A stretch of DNA of 64,000 bases from the human T2T-CHM13v2.0 reference genome, Homo sapiens: NCBI RefSeq assembly GCF_009914755.1, contig NC_060940.1; one strand, written 5' to 3'. The notes beneath the pieces are model-generated. The model had not been told where the DNA came from and did no database searches. It worked only from the letters and a program-made list of their open reading frames with translations. Within the stretch, counting starts at the first letter, position 1. The number at the start of each line of letters is the position of its first letter. Made by a program: the position numbers and the translations under genes. Positions 17,831 through 32,590 of the stretch are shown here, piece after piece.

Positions 17831-20800
17831 CTCCTCAGCTCTTCTTGCAAAACTTAACCTTACAGCTTAGCCAAACCCAACAGGTCACTGAACATCCCTG
17901 ACCTTTGTCCTCCTATGAAATGGAGATAATCACAGCTTCATAATGTTGCCTTTTATAAAAGGGAAGAACCTAGCATGGTACCTGGCAATATCATCATCTA
18001 GGTTCCCTAAAAGGCTCAAGCAGACAATTCCCATATGATCACACCCAGGAATGTCCTACAGTTGCAAACAAATTGGACTAGAGGTCCCCAGACCTTCTTC
18101 TAGTTCAGAGATTCCAGATTCTAGCCAAAACTTAGCAAATCTTCAGCACTTGACTCAAACCCTCCTCTCCTCCCGTGGTTACCTGATACTTTGCTTGCCC
18201 TCTACAGCACAGGTGAACTCTTTCTATAAAACCAAAGTTTCTTCCTTTTTGCACTGAGCTCCAGACAGTATTTCTTTTTATGTAAGATTGTAGAATTTAA
18301 CTTGAAAGCATTCCATCATAAGTGTCTTGAAATGTGAATTTCATCGCGTCCATTTTTGTTGTCACGCAGAACAGATTATATACCATTGTTGTAAGTGATT
18401 AATACATACATATGAATGATTTGGCTCAGGTAAGCAGCAGAAGTAATAAAGCTTGATTGTGTACTAAGTGATTTTGGACACTTGATCTCATTTGGTCCCC
18501 ATGATAACCTGTACTGGGTCAAAACAGCATCACCTGTCCCTCCCATGCCTCTCTTCCCACCCCTTTGTGTTATTCTGAGGATACTTCAGTGGCTTTGTAT
18601 TCCCTTCACCTACTGTATGGAGGGGAAATAATCTTTTTAGGATTCATTTTTTATCTCTGATAAATACAGAGGTTGAACTCAATCAATGGCTTCCAAATGT
18701 TGGTATTTATTTAAAGGATCCTTTCTTTAAAGTCTTATACAGCACCTTCAAATAATAAGCAGAAAGAAGCAGAGCTGCCCTGGTGGAAGAGGGGCAGGGT
18801 ATAGGGGGTGCTAAGAAGACATGTTTAGAGCCTGCTCGTGATCCATTGTGACGGTTTCCAGCATCACTGCTGCTCCATCTGCTAGGTCACCCATGCTCCT
18901 GTTGGGCACTGCTCGTCTATAAGCAGTACAGCACAGCAAGACCCAACAGAAAGACTCCTCTCAGCAGACTTCTCTACTGACCTGAAGCCTAAAAGCAATC
19001 AAGGCTCCAAACGTAGTATCCAACCTCCAATGATGTAACAGTCTCCATGTACCATCCAAGATCCATTCTCTTCCAGGGGCAGCCTTGATGGGAGGCACAA
19101 GCCTACCTTGCCTGTTCATCTTATCTTTCCTCTGCTTCACTCCACCATTCTCTTTCCCACTTCTACCCCCCTCTGTTTCTTGAAGAACCTTCACATTCTT
19201 TCTTGCATTTAGGCATTCCCCTGTCCGCCAACCCTTGGATAACCTCACCTTCTTGGAAAAGCCAACTCTATAGCATTTATAAGCAAAGGCTTTCAAAAAA
19301 AAAAAAAAAAGTCCTATTATGTCTCCCTATTAACTTTTCCAGATATGATGGTAAGGTTTGTGAGTAAGAACAGAAACATCATTCCCTTCTCACCTTCTCT
19401 GATGTGTAGGACGGGAAGGGGGGGAAAACACCCTTATCTTTTCATTCCATCATTGTTTTAGTGATTAACCACAAAAAGTCCAATTTTCTTGCAACATTCA
19501 TTTTTTATCTTCCTGGTTTCTCCATCATTCTCCCAGACTCTGCATTTCCAAGCCAGCCACCAGGAAAATGACAAAAAACACATAGTACACACAAAGGCAA
19601 CTGCATCCCATCCATTTTCCCAAAGTGCATGATCGGGTCACATGTGGAGAGATTAATGTGATTCAGAGCTTGGAAATGTGCTGCTTTATGATTATTAACG
19701 AGGGTAGCTTGGAAGTGAGAGGACTTTGAAAACACATCAGTTGAAAAAATGTATTTTCTACCTTGTTTATGAGACACAAACATATATAATTCAGTTCAAG
19801 GGTTGAGATTTTCTGTTATTGTGTGCCAGGGATTATTTATCACAATTGTGAATAATTTCCCAGTACAAATTATCCTCATCTTATCATCCAAATGTACTTC
19901 CCTTCCACATCACTCATGTCATGCTGAAATCTAAGGCCATAAAGTCTAAACGATGAAATAAGTCTTCCTTCAGATGGCAGCATATATGGTGTGTGTTGGT
20001 TGGGGTTTTTTAAAGCACAGTGAAATTTACCACTGTCAAAGACTGGCCTCCCAGCTTTTTTCTCAGTTGGTGACTCTGGTGTCTGAAGCTGATAGAAAAT
20101 TATGCACTTAATAAAATATGAGATTGCAAGGGAGAGATAAAGCCAAAGTAAGCAGCAGTCCAGCAGAGGAGAACCCACTTTCAACAGCCGGTGCCTTCAT
20201 GTCTATCATGCTGATTGAAGCCATCCAGAGGTAAAAATATAAGCTTGGAGCTATGCAAGACTTAAGGGCGAGAGCAAAGGCATCCTACTCGAAATATAAG
20301 ATGAATGTCTACAAATGTGTGCTGGGCTGCTCTAAATATGTTGAAAACGTGGCATGTTGGAATATTTGTGTGAAAGGAATACGAACTCTGATTAGTGAAT
20401 CTCTGCAAGGGGCATAGTGCATTTTTCTTTATTACCTAGGGTACTTTTTATTAACACCCATGAAGAACCAGCAGATACATAAGAAAATAAAATCAAAATA
20501 TGAATTTTTGTGTTTTTATTGAGAAATAAAACCAGATTTCAGAAAACCTCAATTTTCAAAAAAACAAAAAATATTCCTCTTCAGCAAAGCCAACACACAA
20601 AAAAAATGGGTCCAAGTGAAGTCCCATGACACAATGCAACTTTAGAAAATAGTAAGAAAATGAAGCAACACAAAAGCAAATAAAAATCATTTCAATTCCT
20701 AAAAAGAGGGAGTTAAAAGAATGCCATGCATTTATCTTTAATAAGGATTCTATTTAGACTTAATCTGTCAAATATTTTGAGGTACATATCCATTGTTTTT

Positions 20801-22034
20801 GTTAAGGAAAGTGTTGAATGTTCTTTTTTTTTTTTCTACAATGGAACATATTTTTATGATCTCTCTAACTTGTTTTTCTGTTCCTTATCCACAAACAGGC
20901 TTTGGTTGCTAGGATGCATTGTCAAACTCCACCAGAGGCATGACCACAAGCTCGAGTATACAACCACCATATTTGTGGTCAGAGAGATGGAATAACTTGC
21001 TTGTGGTCACACAGCAGGTGATTAAAACAGAAAGCACTGGTCTGGAAGTAAACAGGACTCGAGATCCAGCCTGCAGTTGATAGGCTCAAGCTCTGCACCT
21101 TAAAATATAATCTCATTTTCTATCTTCATAGATTTTCCATCTTCAGAAACAAACTTCTCATATTGCTCTTTGTTCCTTTATGTGCCTGTCAATCCACGGA
21201 ATCATCAGCTTTCCTGTGAACTCAGGCCACTCCTGTAGCATATTTACATCTGGAACCTCTTTCTTCCTGTCAACCACCAAGCCCCTTGTGTCTTTAAAGA
21301 GTCTTGCTAAATCTCTTCTCCTCCATTAAGGCCTCTGTGATGAGGTGTGAGCCAGGGCTCTGCTCTGCCGTCCCATTGCAAAGATTAGCACATGGGGTGC
21401 TGAACCAAAGAACACAAATGGAGAATCAGTTCATCTGGGACCTGACTGGATATGCTAAGGAGGATTCCAGCTGCTTAACGTCTGCTCAATTGTATCTTAT
21501 TCTGCATATGTCCTCATTGTCATTGCCTCAGTCTTTGGGATTCATTTGCATCTCCCTAAACAGCAATTGGCAGCCATTGTGGGAGGTGGTACAAGGAGGA
21601 GGGCCCTCCATGATAAATCTCTTCATTCTATCTCAGCTAGAAATGTGGGACAACCAAGCAGATGGTTATCAACGTGGTGGGCTTTGGGGTATCAGTAAGC
21701 TTTCCCGATCCAAGATTAGACCCTCAGCAGTCACCTAATTTTTCCATCATTCACTCCACTCCTTATGGGCCTCTGAGAGATGTGCACATTTAAATGGTAT
21801 TTTGTTACCTACTGAGGATAAGATAGTCTGGGAGAAAGACTTCTAGACTAAGAACACCTGGGTTTCAATCGCAGCGATAACATGTGCTGCAAATGTAAGC
21901 TTTGTGAAAGCATCTACTGTCCAAGTATCATTTTCTTCCTCTCTATAATGAAATAAAAAATACTTGCCTTGTCAAATCTCCCAGGGTTGAAGTAGAAATT
22001 ACATAAAGTCACGTACAGAAAAGCAATTTACAAA

Positions 22035-22425
22035 GTTTTTATGGACGTAAAACATACATGTAGAGAGTGTGCCTTTAACAAGTGCACGGCTTGGTGAATT
22101 TCCCTGTACCGAATTTACACATGTAACCAGCAACTAGATCAAAAAGCAAAACATGACCCTGAAGCTCCCTGTGTCCCCTTCCAATCCCTCGCTCCAGCAA
22201 AGGCAACCACTATCCTGAGGTAACTATTGAAAATTAGTTGCACTTCTTTCTTTACAGGAAAGGGATCACGCAATATAATTTGTGTCCCCTTCCTTCACTC
22301 CCGTTTCTCAGATTCAACCAAATTGTTGTGAGTAGCTTTAATCAGTTGTTCTCATGGTTGTATAATATTCTATTGTATGAATATACCACATGTTTTAAAT
22401 GCATCCTACGGTTGATGGAGATGTT
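22035..22425 (-). mobile_element. Old L1 (L1ME-like) 3' fragment
   Basis: CATGTAACCAGCAACTAGATCAAAAAGCAAAACAT, GGCAACCACTATCCTGA, TATTCTATTGTATGAATATACCACA. Confidence 0.7.
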
Positions 22426-22854
22426 AAATAGGGCTGCCAAACAATCTATACACTTTAAAGAAATATACAAATGTGAGATATTATTATTACTATAAGGCCA
22501 GACCAAATAGACATGGAGGCTTTGAGAGAAAATTATTGAGCAATGAAATTGTAGTGGAAAAAAAAAGGATCATTCAGGATGAGATGTGTTTTGCATCAAG
22601 GAAAAATATAAAATATAAGGTATGTCACAAATCTGAGATGTTGCCAAATGTTTTCAAATTCATTCACTTATGTCAGCCAATATCTGAGTTCCTATAATAT
22701 GCCAAATGTTGTGCACTATTTTATATAATTCTAATAAAAATCCTATAAGGTAGACAGTGTAGGTATTCTTATCCCCTTTTTATGAATAAAACTGGAGCCC
22801 AGAGAAGTGTGCATGAACCCTTTAATGATAGTGGCAGAGCTGGACTAGAGCAAA

Positions 22855-23660
22855 TTCATTCATTATCCCATTCATTCATTCATTTGGCAAGTTTTCATTG
22901 AGCTTCAGGATATGCTGAACACTGGGAGAGAAGTTGGAGATAAGCTATGCAAGGAGACACAAGCTCTCATGTCAATTACTATGTAGTTGAAGTTACACCC
23001 ATTGATCAGGAATCACCCAGATGAATGGAAAATTAGAACAACACTAAGTGCTTAAAAAGGAGAGGAATGGCCGGGCGCGGTGGCTCACAACTGTAATCCC
23101 AGCACTTTGGGAGGCCGAGACGGGTGGATCACGAGGTCAGGAGATGGAGACCATCTTGGCTAACACAGTGAAACCCCATCTCGACTAAAAATACAAAAAA
23201 TTAGCCGGGCGTGGTGGCAGGCGCCTGTGGTCCCAGCTACTCAGGAGGCTGAGGCAGGAGAACGGCGAGAACCTGGGAGGCGGAGCTTGCAGTGAGCAGA
23301 GATCTCACCACTGCACTCCAGCCCGGGCGACAGAGCGAGACTCCGTCTCAAAAAAAAAAGAAAAGGGAGAGGAACATGGTATTCCTGGAGCGCAGTGTAC
23401 GGATTTGACAGGGAGGAGAGGAGAGACTCCTGCAGAATTGATAATTGAGCTTATATCTGAAGGATGCAAAGAGTTGACCAGGTGAAGAGAAAAAGAGGAG
23501 GATTCCAGGTAGAAGGAGCGGCATGTAGAGAAAGCCCTGTCTGTAGAAGGAGGAAGGCAGGTACAAGAGGTTAAAGGATGATCTGGAGAGGTGATGACTC
23601 AGAGGCCAGGGTAAGGAGATTTGCCTTTTTATACCACGAAGAGTAGAAAGTTATTTGCAG
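22855..23660 (-). mobile_element. L2 LINE 3' fragment interrupted by AluY
   Basis: (TTCA)n terminus, TTTTCATTGAGC, TGAGCTTATATCTGAAGGATG, GCATGTAGAGAAAGCCCTG. Confidence 0.65.
23069..23360 (+). mobile_element. AluY SINE
   Basis: GAGACCATCTTGGCTAACAC and GGCGGAGCTTGCAGTGAG diagnostics, CpG-rich; TSD AAAAGGAGAGGAA / AAAGGGAGAGGAA. Confidence 0.97.
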
Positions 23661-24926
23661 TTCTCCAGATGGCCCAGGATCATTTCCAAAATACCAGAAA
23701 GTTCAACAAGGAAACAGGATCCAACATATATTTATTGTATATCAGCTATGTGAAGGGCATTTAAATCCGCGAAACTACATTTTTTAACATAAAATTCTAT
23801 TGTGAATATGCTTAATGCATCTCACTTACGTGGGTAAACTAGAGGAACCCTTGCTCACTTGGCAAAGCTATCACTTCGCAAACGGAGTGGAGAGGTGGAT
23901 TCTCTGTCAGACATCTGCTAACTTCTTCTGGGAAGTGGACACTGGCTTACTTGTCCATGTGTACATTGACTGAGGCAGATTTTTTCTAAGGAGGCACTGA
24001 ACAATGAAGGTGAAGAGGACGTTTCTTACTCCATAGCTTTGAAAGAGGTCTGCCCACAGTGGCCCTCGTGTCTGCTCTTCTGTGACCACCTGCATGATCT
24101 CAACATCACCTTGGGGACCATGATGTGAGGTTTGGGTCTTTCAACAGGATTTGAGGTTTTGCTGGCTGCCAAAGGACATTAAATGTGAGAGACGTCGCCT
24201 TGCATGGAGGTCCCCAGAGAAAAAAGGCAGTGCTTGGATTATACCCAGTTCATTGCCACGACGTGAAGTTTCTTCTCATTTGATAATAATGATATTTTTA
24301 AAGTCATACTAAGTATTGCAAAGGCCCTTTTCCAAGAGCATGAAAAAACCCTTATGTTTCCTATCAAAAGGAGAACAAAAATAAGGCTCTACAATTTCTC
24401 ACATTAGAGCTGGTGTCATATACTTCTCTTTTGCAGTGTTTGGCAACCTTGGTGTATTTGCCTTTTTATTAGTTACATTCTCAAGCCCAGCAAAGATTTG
24501 GCTTCTCAGCGTGTTTTGAATTAGATTCATGAAAGCTATAAAAAATAACTGGCCAGAATTAAGCTAATAAAATTCTAAAAGACTGAAGAAGCTGTTGTTG
24601 TGAGGGTCAACTACCTTTTTTTTTTTTTTTTGGTCCTGTCTGAGAATTCTGGTACCTGGATTATTTTCACAGGATCTTAGGAATGGAGGAAAGATTACAG
24701 GTCTACCTGGTCCAGTATCCCATCAGATGCTCTAATCCCTCTTACATTGCTCCAACTGAGTGTTTTTGTGTTCTCCCTGTTGATCAGACACCTCCAGTTA
24801 CTTGTGGCCCATTTTGGATATCAACTCCTTGGCTCAATGTATGATAATCAAGGCATATTTTTCTGATTTTCCCAATGACTATCATATGCCTTTCTAAAAC
24901 CCAGAGATAACTATAGTCTCAGAATT

Positions 24927-24962
<36 letters not shown>
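24927..24962. repeat. (CT)n microsatellite
   Basis: Direct reading, one interruption. Confidence 0.9.
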
Positions 24963-27208
24963 AGCCCTATTTTGAAAGAAGAAAGGCACAATTAATTAAA
25001 CATGACTGACTCTGTGTGATGGTTAGTGATCACTGCTTCCTTTTCCCAGTTTCTTTTAAATAATTTACTAACAAATCTCTAAATATTAAGATAGTTAGTT
25101 GAATTTAAACTGCTAAACAGAAGGTAAAAATCTTCAAGTACTGTAGCATGGAAAGTAATATTTGAAGACAGGGGAGGAAGCAAAGTTAAGGACCTCCTCA
25201 AATTTTCCTGGATGGAATAGTTAGAAAATAAAAGATGATATTCATTTTTAATATTTGCATATTGAGACTTTAAAAGTATTTATATATCTAGTGGAAGAAA
25301 CATTTTATAAAAGGGCTTTCAAGTCCAGTGTAAGTTTATGTAATGAAAAAAAATCCAACCAACCAAAATATTAGTATTTAATCTTTATAAGAAATTAGAT
25401 GGAAATATGACAACAAATTTGTCTTAGCCTTTGGTTAAAGATATTTTAAAGCTGCTTCTGTGCTATGCCCTTGAGTCCAGACAGAAAGCGTACTTCTAAA
25501 AGCAATAGAAATGATCAATTTTTGTTACTTCTGGAATAAGGCAAGAGAGAGAGACAGACAGAAGGGCACACAGATATAAAGCTAGACAGGTAGATATGAA
25601 AGTTTTCAACTGAAGAAGGATTCAAGTACATTTACCAGAAAAAAATTTCTCAGCCCTTTGTTCTGTTGAAAACAGATTTTAAATGTTTAAGTGTATTTTT
25701 CTAACCTGGTAAATAGAGTTAAGATAGATAAATCTCACCAGAATAGAACATTATCCAGAGGTTCCTTCTGATTTCTTGATATTTTAGAGTAATAGCAATT
25801 AGTAATGTGCAGAACGACATTAAGATAATGCGAAGATATTTGGGGGACAAACAACCTTACGTTAGCACTGTCACGCGAATGAAGAACAGCAGGCAACGAA
25901 GAGCTACGTGCTCAAGGCTGTTGTGCTGGGTTGAGATGACAACTCATTCACTCATTTCCACCTCCAATCCTGCAGCCCAGGAAACCTTACTAAAAGGATG
26001 AAGCCCATTCTAGTTTGTGACCCAAGTAAGATTCACTAAGGAGACAGTCACACAAATGCTCAATGCACACAACTGGTGTTCTGAGGTCAAGCACGTGAGA
26101 AAACCAACATTGTTTGAGGGTCTACTATATGCCGAGCATGGTATACATTTTTTCTTATTTAACCTGACAACAACATTCTTTCCCCTGTTTTACACAGGAA
26201 AGTTGTTTAATCTTCCTGGGCCTCAGTTCCTCAAAGACGCTTGCATGATCATTGGAGGAGCCAGAAATGAAATGAAGCTTTACCTAGCCTAGAAATATGT
26301 TCAAGTTAATATTTGCTAAGGATTTGTCATGACACAGAGAAGTACAGTTTCTGGAAATGAATTTGAGTTCTGTCCTCAGGACTCTGCCCAGAGCCACCTT
26401 TGTGAGGTCCTATAATTAGAAGGGCTGTCAGAGGGTCTCTACTCTAACTTCCACTCAGATAGCCATTTCCTCTACCTCTGCCTGGAGACACCCAGTAATG
26501 GGTAGCCATCATCCTCCCATAGCAAAAATCCATTCCTTATGAGGACCTGGAATCCACTTTCCTCTAACTAACTCCCACTGGACCCGTTCTGTCTTCTGGG
26601 GTCACACCCTGCACATCTGCTCTCTCCCCTAAGTGTCAGCAATGAACTGTCTGGACCCAGAGTACTTGTGTCCCCACCCTCTGGGGGTGCTCCAAGTTTC
26701 ACATCTCAATTCCTTCCATAGTTCCACACCACTGTGGTATGGAAACCACAATGTGAGAAGGACCATCCCAGCCATTTTGCACGTGCCAGACTCATTCCTC
26801 ATTGCAGTCTACATTTCAGATTCTGTGATACCTCTGAACAACAGGAATAGGAGGTTTTAATTTGTCAATAGCATCCTGGAACCTTAGAATGAAATACTAT
26901 TAATGAAAATCAATGTTTCCTAATCTTTGCTTCCTCAAATTCTCCTCTGATCTTTTCTATCCCTTGCAGACTCTTTTCCCAATTCTTCTCTCCAAGATCC
27001 TTACTTATCCTCTCTATACATTGGACTTCATCTTCTGGAGGAGAACTAATGAATGAAGTGTCACATTAAGGTATTACGACTGGTTATCATTTCCTGCCAT
27101 ACCTTCAAAGGATATTTGTGTATCATCTAAGGGAAAAGACTGGAAATGATCGAATATCTGCCTTTTCTGCGAAGTTCAGCATCTGGGAAAGAATGAAAGA
27201 GGTGCTAT

Positions 27209-27731
27209 CAATTCACGTAGGAAAGACATGAAATCAACCCAGGTGCCCTTCAACAGTGGACTGAATAAAGAAAATGTGGTATGTACGCATACACCATGGA
27301 ATACTATGCAGCCATAAAAACGAACAAAGTCATGTCTTTTGCAGCAACACGGATGCAGCTCGAGGCCATTGTCCTAAGCTAATTAACACAGAAACAGAAA
27401 GCCAAATATTACATGTTCTCACTTATAAGTGGGAGCTAAACATTGGGTACACATGGACATAAAGATGGGAACAATAGCCACCGGGAATAAAAGAAAGGGG
27501 AGAGAGAAAGAGTGAGGGATGGAAGGATGGAGGGATGGAGGGACGGATGGAGGGAGACAGGGAGGGAGACAAGGCCTGAAAAACGAACTACTGGGTCTTA
27601 TGTTCACTACCTGGGTGACGGGATCATTTGTACCCCAAACCTCAGCAACACGCAACATATCCATGTAACAAACCTGCACATGTACCCCCTCCGAATTGAA
27701 AATGAAAGTTGAAATTATTTTTTTAAAAAAA
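27209..27731 (+). mobile_element. 5'-truncated old L1 (L1PA16/17-like) 3' end
   Basis: ORF2 tail and 3'UTR with (GGAG/GGAT) expansion; perfect 14-bp TSD GAAAGAGGTGCTAT at 27195-27208 and 27732-27745. Confidence 0.92.
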
Positions 27732-28648
27732 GAAAGAGGTGCTATGAGATAAGAAGCCGCGCCCCCCACCCTCAGGGACAGGCCCACCTGCTCATTTAGA
27801 GAGTTATGTCTTATATCCCACTGACTCTTTACAAGTGGGGTTTCCCCCTTTGTCAGAATCTGCCAACTTCTTGAATTATTCTAGGGCATTATATTCTCAC
27901 AGTTTGCCCCTAATCACTCACTACAAAGAGGGAACTGGCATGTCTTTATTATATATTCGTGTATTTATACCATATTCAAGAAGAATTTGATAATCTTACA
28001 GTTGCAAATGCAATTCATAAAAATAAAAAGGAAACTGAGAAAGCCCAGTGCTAGTGAGGAAAGCTGTGAATATGAATTTAAATACTAAGCCTAACACATT
28101 TACCATACATACTTTTTGAAATACCCATATTAATGTTTTGAAGACTCGTGAAAGTTGGAGAATGTCTTGGTTTAGAACAGAACTCAGTACTTTTCACCTC
28201 AGTACTGGAAGAGAAGACAATCTGACACAGATACAACTGGAATAAGGAAAGAAATGTGAGGGAAATAATTACAGAAGAGAATTGGACATTTGGGAGAGAA
28301 AGAGAGGAAAGTTTTGGCAAAGCTGGACCAGACACTGCAAAATACTTGCAGGTCTTTAAACCTCAATCATTTGGCCAATAAATATGTGCTGAGCCCCGCC
28401 GGGGGTGTGTGTGAGAGAGGAACCATGTTAAAACTTAGGAATGCAGAAATGCAGGCCATGCGTAGCCCCCCAGGGACTCACAGCCCAATAGGTCACATGA
28501 ATAAGTGTTGACAATGACAGGGCAGCAGGGATTAGTGCCAGGGTTGAGGTTAGTTCAGGGGGTATTGGGGATAATAGATATAGCACACAGCACAGGCGAG
28601 GTGGTAGAAGAGAGAAAGACAGAAAAATCTTCATAAGAAGAAGGAGTT

Positions 28649-28784
28649 GGCCGGGCTCAGTGGCTCATGCCTATAATCCCGGCACTTTGGGAGGCCGAGG
28701 TGGGTGGATTGCTTGAGGTCAGGAGTTCGAGACCAGCCTAGGCAAAATGGCAAAACCCCATCTTTACTAAAAATACAAAAAAAA
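28649..28784 (+). mobile_element. Alu left monomer (FLAM-like or 3'-truncated Alu)
   Basis: GGCCGGGCTCAGTGGCTCATGCC...CTAAAAATACAAAAAAAA with no right arm; lies within antisense L2-like sequence. Confidence 0.9.
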
Positions 28785-28924
28785 GGAGGAAGGAAGAGTT
28801 GGGGGAGGGGAGGAGGAGTTGCTCAGAGAGGCAAGAGAATTGGGAAGAGAATTTCCTTTTAGGGTAGTCTTTGCAAAGCATAGCCTACATAGAAAAATTG
28901 CAGATAGACCGGTGGTCTTTAAAA

Positions 28925-29985
<1,061 letters not shown>

Positions 29986-30259
29986 AGCCAGTGGCACTTT
30001 ACTCATTTATTGATCCTTATTCCAAGAATAGTTACTGAGCATCTACAATAGGACCAGCCTATAGTGAACAAAAAAGAGTGGCCCTGCTCCCCTGGAGCTT
30101 GCAGTCTCATGGAGAGCTTGCTAGATGTGATGGAGGAGGATGTGACAAAGCAGGTTTGACTATTGGAGAATGTCGTGCCATTCCCCACGAAGGCTGCAAG
30201 CATTCACATTCTTTGTCCCCTGAGCTGTCTTTTGATATTAAGAAGATCACAGTCATTTC

Positions 30260-30557
<298 letters not shown>

Positions 30558-30694
30558 GATCACAGTCATTTCAAACTGAAATGAACTTAGGGATCTGTTC
30601 TCAAACATTTTCTACCACTGAAATCCTTCCTCAGATGAAATCTTACTTAAAAAAAAAATACAAACAAACTCAATCTGTAAATCAAATACAGGCA

Positions 30695-31120
30695 AGTATA
30701 CTTGCTTCCTATGGTAACAAATACTACAAACTTAGTGGCTGACAACAACACAAGTGTATTATTTGGAGGTCAGAAGTCCTAAAATCAAGGTGTCAGCAGG
30801 TCTGCGTTCCTTCTGGAGTCTCTAGAGAAGAATTCGTTTTCTTGCCTTTCCCAGCATCTAGAGGTCACTTGTATTCCTGGGCTCATGACCCTTTTTCCCA
30901 CTTTCAAATATTTCACCCTGCTTCCTCAATCATGTCTCCTTCTCTCACCCTGACTTTCCCTCTCTATTATAAGGAACAATTACACCAAAAGCACCTGGAT
31001 AACCTAGGCTTATCTCCCCATGTCAAAATTCTTAGCTGCATTTGCAAAGTCTCCTTTGCCACATAAAGTCTCATATTCAGCAGGTGCCAGGGGTTAGATG
31101 TGGATATCTGTTCACCATCT
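30695..31120 (-). mobile_element. MaLR solo LTR (MLT1B/C-like)
   Basis: TAACAAATACTACAAACTTAGTGGCT, GGAGGTCAGAAGTCC, AAATCAAGGTGTCAGCAGG, TGCAAAGTCTCCTTTGCCA. Confidence 0.82.
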
Positions 31121-32364
31121 GATCATGGTGGAGTAGATCTGGGTGGGGTGCAGCTTGAGGGTAAAGAGCCCCCATATTTAGAAACCTCCCAATGTTGCAC
31201 AGACCACAATTTTAAGCAACTCACCTGAGGCCTTCCTCCGATCACAGATGAAGAAAGGAAGGTTCAGAAGCACTAAGTGATTTAAGACCCATAATAAGTT
31301 TATGGATAATCCAGACCTAGAATCAACTCCCAATCCAATATCCTTTCTTCTAACCCTCATACTTTAAAAGGTCTTTCCATGAATAAAACCAAGTACAAAA
31401 AAAAAGAAGTATCATTTGGATATGATACAAATCATGGTCAAAATTGCTAAGTACTTTTGCAAAATGAAGACATAGATGGTTTTCTTGGGCCCTGAAAAGC
31501 TGACATTCTGTTATGACTTAGAAACATCTTAGTGAAGACAATTCCTGTTGCTGCACAGCTAACCACTCATGATAACGCAGAAGTCTAGGCTGTCCTAATC
31601 AGAACTCAAAACCCCTGGCAGAGTCCTCAGAGACCAGAAGGCTTGTACATGGTCCAGCCGTGTGGTAGAGATTGGCCCCAAACCACTTGTCCTCACATTC
31701 TTGGCCTAGTGAGTAACCCATCTGCTCCTATAACACCCCCCTCTTTATTTCATGTCATTTACCACTTTTTTTCCTTAGTCTCAAGTATGAGCCACAAGTT
31801 AAAGACTTTGCAAAAGACTAGACTCTCTGACATTTGGGGGATCTGGTGTTTATTAAGTTGGGAGATTTAAACTGATTTTGATTTGTTCCTAATTTAGGAT
31901 AGTGACAGACAAATCTGAGAGGGAGCGAGCGGGAGGAAGAGAGGGAGAGGGTGGGAGGAAGGGAGAGAGAGAGGGGAGAGAGAGGTTGCATTTGTATGAT
32001 ATCCAACATCCAGGCACATTTGGGGGAATAAAAAGTTTAAAAATCCAGGCAGCCACAAGTTGGAGGGAAAGAAAAATAAACGCACATTTGAAATCAATTA
32101 TGCTACAAACTACATGGGGGCCATTGATCAACGCACAAGGGTCTCCTGTATCTATGCCACCTCATTGTGGATGCTCTTCTGGAGACACCTGATACACTAA
32201 AGTGGCTTCCAAGAACAAATTAACAGGTCATTTCATTTTGCTCACCTCTGGAAAGACACAGAGGCAGGCTTGGAGGAGACAGACAGATGAACCGTACCCC
32301 TACCCCTTGTCTTTTCTGGCCACGCTAGTAAGAATCATCTGGTCTTCTCAATGCAATTGAAATC

Positions 32365-32590
32365 ATATTTGTTGATCACCTACTATGTGCCAGGCACTGC
32401 TAAGTACTTTAGAAAAATCTTTTAATCTTCACAACATGTGAATTGGGTACTGTGCTATAGTTACATTTATTTTACAGATTAAAGCAATTACAACTCAGAA
32501 ATACTAATTACGTAAGGCCGTTGCAAGTGGAATAGGTGGGATTTTTAAACACAGGTCTGACCTCAAATCTCTGTGTTCTTTCTACCACAT
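32365..32590 (-). mobile_element. MIR SINE
   Basis: CACCTACTATGTGCCAGGCACTGCTAAG, TTTAATCTTCACAAC, ATTTTACAGAT, CAGGTCTGACCTCAAA. Confidence 0.7.

Noticed and set aside
21304-21738. 144-aa ORF in partly unique sequence
   Set aside because: Non-ATG start, no recognisable domain, begins in L2-like sequence, no supporting splice structure
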